From: a virus
Taxonomy: Duplodnaviria > Heunggongvirae > Uroviricota > Caudoviricetes
Length of the DNA stretch: 64,000 nucleotides
Direction: 5' to 3' (one strand)
IMG/VR virus record: IMGVR_UViG_3300009154_000029
Part shown: positions 58,600-64,000 of the stretch, piece by piece
How the letters are laid out: the number at the start of each line of letters is the position of its first letter
Position numbering within the stretch: position 1 is the stretch's first letter
Position numbers and translations under genes: made by a program
Notes under the pieces: model-generated
The model's input: only the letters and a program-made list of their open reading frames with translations
Told to the model about the DNA's origin: nothing
Databases searched by the model: none

Positions 58600-58605
58600 A
58601 AAGTT

Positions 58606-58824
58606 ATGAATAACGAATTTGCACCAAAAAGAGGTTTGGCAGAAAGGTATTCAATTGAAAGCCTGGCCAAGTCCAGAGGACTTTCAGTAGAGGAATTTAA
58701 AGCCAGCATTCTGGAAGAACGCGAAATAAAGAATGGGTTAATTCAGAAGCACCTAGCTAAAGGTTATACCCAAGAACAAGCCGAGACGACCGCACTTAGG
58801 ATATTATATATTCCAGGTTTTTGA
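58606..58824 (+). CDS. small hypothetical protein (MNNEFAPKRG...)
   Basis: ORF track. Confidence 0.35.
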   Translation: MNNEFAPKRGLAERYSIESLAKSRGLSVEEFKASILEEREIKNGLIQKHLAKGYTQEQAETTALRILYIPGF

Positions 58825-58859
58825 GGTTAGCCTCATGATATATAGGATAGAACCAAAAG

Positions 58860-60086
58860 ATGAGAAGAATTTTAAATTTTTATGATTTCACATCAGATTC
58901 ATCAATGAATGAATCTGACAAACCGTTGGAGGGGAAACCGAAAGAAGGAAAGCCTTCATTCGAAATCCCCAAGATTAATCAGAAGATGCCTAGCGATTAT
59001 TTGGGCAAAGGAGGGGGATTGGAGGGAGGAAAATACCCCGGAGGTAGAAAAACATATGCCAGACTAAGGACGAAAGCTGTTACTGATCTCCTAAAATTAA
59101 AAAAAGATATGGAGGAAGAGGGTTTTATGGAAGACTGTGAAGAATCATTAAAGGGGGCTAAGGAGGAGTTAAAAAAATTGTTTGCTAGCCCGATTACTGC
59201 CAGAAAATTTAGAGACAACTACGAGAAATCAAAGAATACAGCAATTGCTAATAGCCAAAAATCAATTTTTAAAAAGTATTTAAATGCGATCGAAAATCTT
59301 GAAATTGCCTACTATACAAATAGCGGTCTTTGGCAGGAAGGCATATCCCCATTAGTCAGAAAGAAAATTGAAAAAATATATCCCACAGGATCTAAATTCT
59401 ATAAGGAATACCCCGATGCTATTGCTTTTGTTCTTCCTGAAGATCCGGAGCTTAATAGAATTATATTCGTGAATTGTGTTAAGGGATTAGAAAAAAGCAT
59501 GTTTGACGAAATGAAGTTCGTTATGATCCATGAGATTCAACATTTACTGTTTAAGATCTGTCCAATAAATCCAGAGGCCCAAATTGGAAAGACTTTTATT
59601 GGCCCAGGAGAACCAAAATCAAGTCCGTTAGCATCCTTGTTTGGAGGAGGGGGTCTTTTTAAAACTGCTAAGGATTTATATTTTAAATTATCGGGTAAAA
59701 AATCAGAGGCGGAGATGGAATCAGCTTTAGCTCGAATAAAGAGAATATCAAAAGAAACTAGTAGCGACACCGAGGCAAAGAACATATATTTTTATTGGAC
59801 TAAACTATGCATGGAAAAGGGTAATGGCCAATACATAGATGAGATAACTGAAAATGCATCTCGAATTATTGCTATGAGATCAGTTCTAGGGGTTTCCCCT
59901 GGGAAGGACATAAGCAAAAAAATGATCCTGCCCTATATCCTTAGAAAGGAAAGCGATACAAACATATCCTGGCTATTGCTGGCTTGGGCTAAAAACGGAT
60001 TTAAAGATTTGGATCAATTTTTAAATGGAATAAACGCACTGGCTAAATCGGACCAAGCCTCTCAATTTGGCGGAGATTACGCGTAA
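58860..60086 (+). CDS. HExxH zinc metalloprotease-like protein, CTS-like N-terminus MRRILNFYDFTSD
   Basis: HEIQH motif (MIHEIQHLLF) around residue 224. Confidence 0.45.
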   Translation: MRRILNFYDFTSDSSMNESDKPLEGKPKEGKPSFEIPKINQKMPSDYLGKGGGLEGGKYPGGRKTYARLRTKAVTDLLKLKKDMEEEGFMEDCEESLKGAKEELKKLFASPITARKFRDNYEKSKNTAIANSQKSIFKKYLNAIENLEIAYYTNSGLWQEGISPLVRKKIEKIYPTGSKFYKEYPDAIAFVLPEDPELNRIIFVNCVKGLEKSMFDEMKFVMIHEIQHLLFKICPINPEAQIGKTFIGPGEPKSSPLASLFGGGGLFKTAKDLYFKLSGKKSEAEMESALARIKRISKETSSDTEAKNIYFYWTKLCMEKGNGQYIDEITENASRIIAMRSVLGVSPGKDISKKMILPYILRKESDTNISWLLLAWAKNGFKDLDQFLNGINALAKSDQASQFGGDYA

Positions 60087-60184
60087 ATGAAAGATAAACT
60101 TACCATCTCATACAGCCTGGACTCACCTCCAGGCTTTTTTGTGGTCTAAGCCCCCGGGCAGGTTTTCGAAAAATCCCCGAGTTT

Positions 60185-60610
60185 ATGGGTTATATTTGGA
60201 TTATGAACCAAGACGAGATCAAAGAGCTAGAAGCCCAAACACTAAAGCAATATCTGAAGGAGCTAGAGACCCTGGTGTCCATGCCCGAACTCTACAAATC
60301 AAACTACCCCTTATGGGACAAGATGGTGCATAACAGACTCAGGCATCCCACCGATGAGAAGATAGACTGGGCTCTGATCTACCAGTACGAGGCGGTAATG
60401 GACACACCCCAGCACATGCTCGATCTGTTTGTCTCAGTGGAGAGGGATGATTGGGGGGTTTCATCGTTTCCCATAGGGGAGATACGCTGGGACATGGACA
60501 CCGAAGGGTATATGAGGGTCTATGGAGTGGACCGACCCATGGCTCTCAAGATCAAGAGTCTATACCGAAAGCAGGTGTTCATAGAGCTCGAGTGGGTCAA
60601 AGTCCACTAA
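60185..60610 (+). CDS. hypothetical protein in GC-rich island, paralog of 55297..55755
   Basis: alignment of C-terminal blocks; GC-rich codon usage. Confidence 0.45.
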   Translation: MGYIWIMNQDEIKELEAQTLKQYLKELETLVSMPELYKSNYPLWDKMVHNRLRHPTDEKIDWALIYQYEAVMDTPQHMLDLFVSVERDDWGVSSFPIGEIRWDMDTEGYMRVYGVDRPMALKIKSLYRKQVFIELEWVKVH

Positions 60611-60654
60611 ACCCCCAGGAGACCCGCCCACCACAAGCCAATGATATATAAGAC

Positions 60655-61041
60655 ATGAAACACATAGACACATACGAGATGCTAGAGGCTAAAGGCCCAT
60701 GCTGGACAGGCTACAAGCAGATTGGCACCAAGATCAAGAAAGGCAGAAAGGTGCCGAGATGCGTGCCGATCAAGGAGGGAGAGATCACACCACCACCAGG
60801 CTGGGAGATGCAAGACTCATCCCTCTATAAGAGATACACGTTCAAGGACTTCAAAGTTGCCATGGCATTTATGAACGAGGTCGCAGAGGTGTGCAACCAA
60901 ATGAATCACCATCCCAAGTGGACCAACGTTTATAAGACTGTCCAGTGCTGGCTTAGAACCCATGACGCAGGAGATGTGCCTACAGAGAAGGATCACGAGC
61001 TTGCTCTAGCTATGGACTCTATAGCCTCCAGGCTCAGCTAG
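60655..61041 (+). CDS. pterin-4a-carbinolamine dehydratase (PCD/DCoH)-like protein with N-terminal extension
   Basis: EVCNQMNHHPKWTNVYKTV...RTHDAG matches the [E]xxxHHPxxxxxY...HD PCD signature. Confidence 0.6.
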   Translation: MKHIDTYEMLEAKGPCWTGYKQIGTKIKKGRKVPRCVPIKEGEITPPPGWEMQDSSLYKRYTFKDFKVAMAFMNEVAEVCNQMNHHPKWTNVYKTVQCWLRTHDAGDVPTEKDHELALAMDSIASRLS

Positions 61042-61067
61042 AAGCCCACACAAAACTCCAATCATAC

Positions 61068-61093
61068 AGTCCAGGTTATTCTGGACTTTTTTA
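61068..61093 (+). terminator. rho-independent terminator
   Basis: AGTCCAG-GTTATT-CTGGACT hairpin followed by TTTTTT. Confidence 0.55.
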
Positions 61094-61099
61094 TGTCCC

Positions 61100-61272
61100 C
61101 TCATATAGTATAGTAGTAAGGTAGTATGCGAAGGGGAGCCTACCCCTACCTAGTGCCAGCACCTAGTCCAGCATATATCATGAGGAGAAGCTTGGATAGG
61201 CCTCCCCACATAGTATGATGGTAACATAGTATGCAAGGGGAAGACCGGAACCCCTAGTGGACACGCGTGGGA
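61100..61272. repeat. two ~65-bp imperfect direct repeats (~105-bp spacing), each with a GGGG..CCCC hairpin, in GC-rich non-coding DNA
   Basis: CATATAGTAT.GTAAGGTAGTATGCGAAGGGGAGCCTACCCCTACCTAGTG vs CACATAGTATGATGGTAACATAGTATGCAAGGGGAAGACCGGAACCCCTAGTGG. Confidence 0.55.
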
Positions 61273-61622
61273 GGTGCTAGGAAGAGCCTAGATGAGGGAC
61301 GGCTAAGTGGGTGTATATGGGGAATCTGAGGGAGCTCTGGCCCCTGATGGAAACCCCTCTGCAGGACCGAGCCACCACCCAGGGTGGGTACACGGTGATT
61401 TCTGTGATGCCGCGTTTGCCTAGTTTCCCAGCCCGGGCCGAGTCCACCGCCGACGGTTCGCCGGGACGTCTGGGAAATCCTGGAATTCTGTGTGATTTTG
61501 TGGAGATTTGTGTGAATCCCCGGTCGGGCTCACCCGGTCCCACAGATTCCCCCGCTAATCTCGCCCCGCCAGGCTGCCTTAGATCCCTATAGGAGCTCGC
61601 CTCGCCCCGGATATATAGGTGT

Positions 61623-62249
61623 ATGAAGCATATTAAACCCCTAAACGAAAACTGGGATGACGACGACCCGGATTACGACATTCCCGATGACGACGAGCCC
61701 ACCGAGCCCTTTAAGAGAAGATTGGATTTACCTAAGTGGGAGAAGCTCTTTCACGTTCTCTATATAGGTGACCACTACGCCCTAGTCTATATGGGCACAG
61801 ACCAGAAGGACCTTTGGATAGTTGACTTGGACTGGGGGGAAATCCGAGAGGATATGGAGAATTTGGGATTCTGGCTTGTCTTTGATGCCGATCCCACTAC
61901 TTGGGAGGAGAACCAAGGTGGTCTGGAGGATTTTCTCACTCTGGCCTGGCAGGGTAAGCTGGGAATTAAGAAGGAGGATCTCTTCGAGGCTGGGGATGAT
62001 CCCGAGGTTTCGGCTGAGCGATTCATTGACAATCAGGCTTTCTCCAAGAAGGCCGAGGTTTGCCGAATCAGCACGCCGGAGTTTGCGGAGGTGGTGATAG
62101 GAGAGCTGCTGAAAGCTCATGGCCGGGCTCATGAGAGACACATAGTCACTGCCAAGAGGTATCGGAACATTCTTCCGGCGGATTTCAAGGGTGTAGGTAA
62201 CAAGAGGATGGCGAGCTATATCGCAGCCGTGTGGCCGAGCGCAACTTAG
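61623..62249 (+). CDS. hypothetical acidic protein in GC-rich island (MKHIKPLNENWDDDDPD)
   Basis: ORF track. Confidence 0.45.
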   Translation: MKHIKPLNENWDDDDPDYDIPDDDEPTEPFKRRLDLPKWEKLFHVLYIGDHYALVYMGTDQKDLWIVDLDWGEIREDMENLGFWLVFDADPTTWEENQGGLEDFLTLAWQGKLGIKKEDLFEAGDDPEVSAERFIDNQAFSKKAEVCRISTPEFAEVVIGELLKAHGRAHERHIVTAKRYRNILPADFKGVGNKRMASYIAAVWPSAT

Positions 62250-62353
62250 GCGCAGGTTGGAGTCTACTCTCCCGGCTCCTTTTGAGAGCCACGCCCGTGA
62301 CCGGTGTCCCCTAGTGCCACAATGTAAATGTATGGCATTTCCCCGAGAAGAAA

Positions 62354-62473
62354 AAAATATTCCGGTGGTATTTTGATATATAAGACAGAATAAAAAAAAT
62401 GAGTATGAACAAAATATTCCGGTGGTATTTTGATATATAAGACAGAATAAAAAAAATGAGTATGAACAAAATA
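62354..62473. repeat. perfect 57-bp tandem duplication (2.1 copies) spanning the leader and first 12 nt of the downstream gene
   Basis: aaaatattccggtggtattttgatatataagacagaataaaaaaaatgagtatgaac at 62354 and again at 62411. Confidence 0.8.
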
Positions 62474-63157
62474 ACCAGCTACGAGGATTTCCTTAATGAG
62501 GATAATAAACCAAAAGCTAAAACTAAAACTAAGGTTATAATCCTCCCTATAAGCAGTAGTCTATCCAATGGAGAATCTGCCCCGGCAAATAAAATCATCA
62601 CTCCTAAGTTCTGGAGCATCAAACAAGCAAAGCCCGAGCATAAACAAATAGCACTTGATATTCTTAATGCACTAAGCGGGTTTACCGAGAATGAAGAAGC
62701 TGTGATAAAGACGTTTAGAGAGGAAATAAAGACACAAGAGGATTTCTTTGGTGTTCAACAGGTTTGGCAATATTGGTTTCCAAGCATACAGAATTTGAGA
62801 AATGTGAGGTACAAAACTATGGCTGAAGCTGATAAGATGGGTAAAACCAGGGAAACCAGAAAGGGAATTGGCTTCAGAAACGCCTTAGGCTACTATCTTA
62901 ACGATAAGCAACTTGCCACATTGAATGCTGTTCTCCCTGCTGGAATTATAAAGATCGCAAAAACTAAAGGGTCAGGTGGAGAAATTTCCACATCAAGGAC
63001 AAGAACAATTGACTTTCCCGATATGACAAAAGAGGCTCTTATAGATATTCTATTAAGAAGCTTATCTATAATGCAAAAGGATCTTACATATACCGGAGAG
63101 CAAGTTTGCGCCCATATAGACTCTGTTTGTAAAAATTACAGAGAAGCTAAAAAGTAA
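62462..63157 (+). CDS. hypothetical protein, CTS-like N-terminus MNKITSYEDFLNE (alternative start 62456)
   Basis: ORF track; motif. Confidence 0.45.
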   Translation: MNKITSYEDFLNEDNKPKAKTKTKVIILPISSSLSNGESAPANKIITPKFWSIKQAKPEHKQIALDILNALSGFTENEEAVIKTFREEIKTQEDFFGVQQVWQYWFPSIQNLRNVRYKTMAEADKMGKTRETRKGIGFRNALGYYLNDKQLATLNAVLPAGIIKIAKTKGSGGEISTSRTRTIDFPDMTKEALIDILLRSLSIMQKDLTYTGEQVCAHIDSVCKNYREAKK

Positions 63158-63174
63158 TAATTCAACTAAAGATA

Positions 63175-63205
63175 TCCCAGCCCAATCTTCGGATTGGGTT
63201 TTTTG
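63175..63205 (+). terminator. rho-independent terminator
   Basis: CCCAATC-TTCG-GATTGGG hairpin plus TTTTTT. Confidence 0.6.
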
Positions 63206-63370
63206 TGCGTCTCTGCAGCGATGCATGCATCACATAAAAACCGTGGCCAACGGTTCCGCGACGGCCGCAGCGGAAGCTTCCCAGCAGCTGGATGAAACAA
63301 AATGACCCCACCGGCCTATAATAGACGTCCAGAAATATCTCTGGGCGATTAAAAAAATAAAAAACAAAAG

Positions 63371-63907
63371 ATGAAAAAAATCATTTTGATTGTAGCAGTT
63401 GCTTTGACTTCAGCAGTTGCTAGTGCACAGATGCCATGCGCATTTAAGAAATCAGACAAGATGTTAGAAGGTACAGTTTCTTATACTAAAGCAACTGATA
63501 CTAAAGCAACTTGGACTCTAAACCCAACAGTTGGTTACTTTGTAACTAATCGCGTTGCAGTTGGTCTATCTGCAGAATTAGGTGAAACCGCAGATGTTAA
63601 AACAACAAACGTGGGTGCATTCGCAAGATGTTACTTTATGAACATCGGACAACACGCACACGTTTACTCGCAATTAGGTGTTGCTGCCAACTCCTCTACA
63701 GACGCTGGCGTTAAGACAACTTCGACTACAGCAGGTCTTGGTCTTGGTGCTAACTACTTCGTTAGTCCAAAATTAGCTCTTAGCATGAAATTAGCAGATC
63801 TAGTAAGCTACACTAACAGCGATTCACATTCAACATTAACAGTTGGATTCGAAGGTGTAACTAGTCCGTTCACTACAGGAAGCTTTGGGGTACTTTATAA
63901 GTTCTAA
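63371..63907 (+). CDS. outer-membrane beta-barrel protein (porin-family/OmpA-like barrel) with signal peptide
   Basis: signal MKKIILIVAVALTSAVASAQ, alternating amphipathic strands, C-terminal ...GVLYKF. Confidence 0.55.
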   Translation: MKKIILIVAVALTSAVASAQMPCAFKKSDKMLEGTVSYTKATDTKATWTLNPTVGYFVTNRVAVGLSAELGETADVKTTNVGAFARCYFMNIGQHAHVYSQLGVAANSSTDAGVKTTSTTAGLGLGANYFVSPKLALSMKLADLVSYTNSDSHSTLTVGFEGVTSPFTTGSFGVLYKF

Positions 63908-63945
63908 TTCGTTTATCAGCTAACCCCTATAGTTGATAAGCCAGC

Positions 63946-63975
63946 CAGGAATTGAAAAATTCCTGGTTTTTTTTG
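63946..63975 (+). terminator. rho-independent terminator
   Basis: CCAGGAAT-TGAAA-AATTCCTGG hairpin plus T8. Confidence 0.6.
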
Positions 63976-64000
63976 TAATAAATTTTTTTATCTGAAAGGG

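Noticed and set aside
61277-62141. Overlapping ORFs on both strands (61277..61543-, 61311..61592+, 61782..62141-, 61787..62032-, 61822..62097+)
   Set aside because: They fall in the GC-rich island, where stop codons are rare by composition. They are mutually overlapping, and they overlap or oppose the better-supported 61623..62249 gene.
62354-62473. Possible CRISPR array
   Set aside because: Only two identical 57-bp copies, directly abutting with no spacers. No other short regularly spaced repeats were seen in the window.
55875-63907. Prophage-host boundary near the T9SS and OMP genes
   Set aside because: Genes bearing the phage-specific N-terminal tag (58860, 60655, 61623, 62462) lie between and beyond them, and no integrase or att-like direct repeat was seen. 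No boundary can be claimed from this window.

Overview
The window is a dense, AT-rich stretch of a large bacteriophage or prophage genome, apparently from a Bacteroidota host. Signs of this are tightly packed short ORFs, many on the + strand between 1 and 16 kb, with multiple lysis enzymes and auxiliary metabolic genes. The host assignment rests on a type IX secretion system (T9SS) C-terminal sorting domain, a lipobox lipoprotein, an outer-membrane beta-barrel protein with a Bacteroidota-type signal peptide, and the AT-rich composition. Recognisable genes are: thymidylate synthase with insertions; a DUF2493/SLOG protein; a beta-carbonic-anhydrase-like protein; GMP reductase; methylglyoxal synthase; a GT2 glycosyltransferase and an LpxH-like metallophosphoesterase; a ParB-like nuclease; a DUF2233 phosphodiester glycosidase; thioredoxin; three distinct peptidoglycan hydrolases (a PG_binding_1+GH19 endolysin, a glucosaminidase-like enzyme, an M15 peptidase); an SPFH/band-7 protein; SmpB; an M28-like peptidase; Fpg/Nei DNA glycosylase; a class-I glutamine amidotransferase; a ClpA-like double-AAA+ unfoldase with an IGF loop; two inverted PrimPol-like paralogs; a cupin/2OG-oxygenase-like protein; pterin-4a-carbinolamine dehydratase; a T9SS-secreted beta-helix protein; and an OMP beta-barrel. 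Two tandem tRNA-like genes at about 24.2-24.5 kb share a tRNA-Leu-like 5' half and a canonical T-arm but have abnormally long central regions. The most striking signal is that more than 25 otherwise unrelated proteins begin with a shared motif, M-[KR]-x-[IL]-x-x-[FY]-[EDN]-x-F-[IL]-x-E, for example MKRIKLFNDFIAE. This closely resembles the phage T4 capsid-targeting sequence MKTYQEFIAE, which the prohead protease cleaves after (I/L)-x-E. It suggests a very large repertoire of capsid-packaged and ejected proteins, including an M15 peptidase, HExxH metalloproteases, a papain-like protein and a diversified paralog family. That family has at least six intact members plus one remnant. Members carry 22-residue LRR-like repeats (LxSLEGAPxxVGGxFxCSxNxL) and all end in a conserved ~40-residue tail, (Y)FKENPxxIxxLDxxPxxKxxVLKRTGLKDxSxLGxALxKGM. 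One extra copy of the tail lies in frame immediately after a TAG stop codon. Two GC-richer mosaic islands carry paralogs of AT-rich genes. A GC-rich non-coding region contains roughly 105-bp-spaced direct repeats with GGGG..CCCC hairpins, and there is a perfect 57-bp tandem duplication spanning a gene start.
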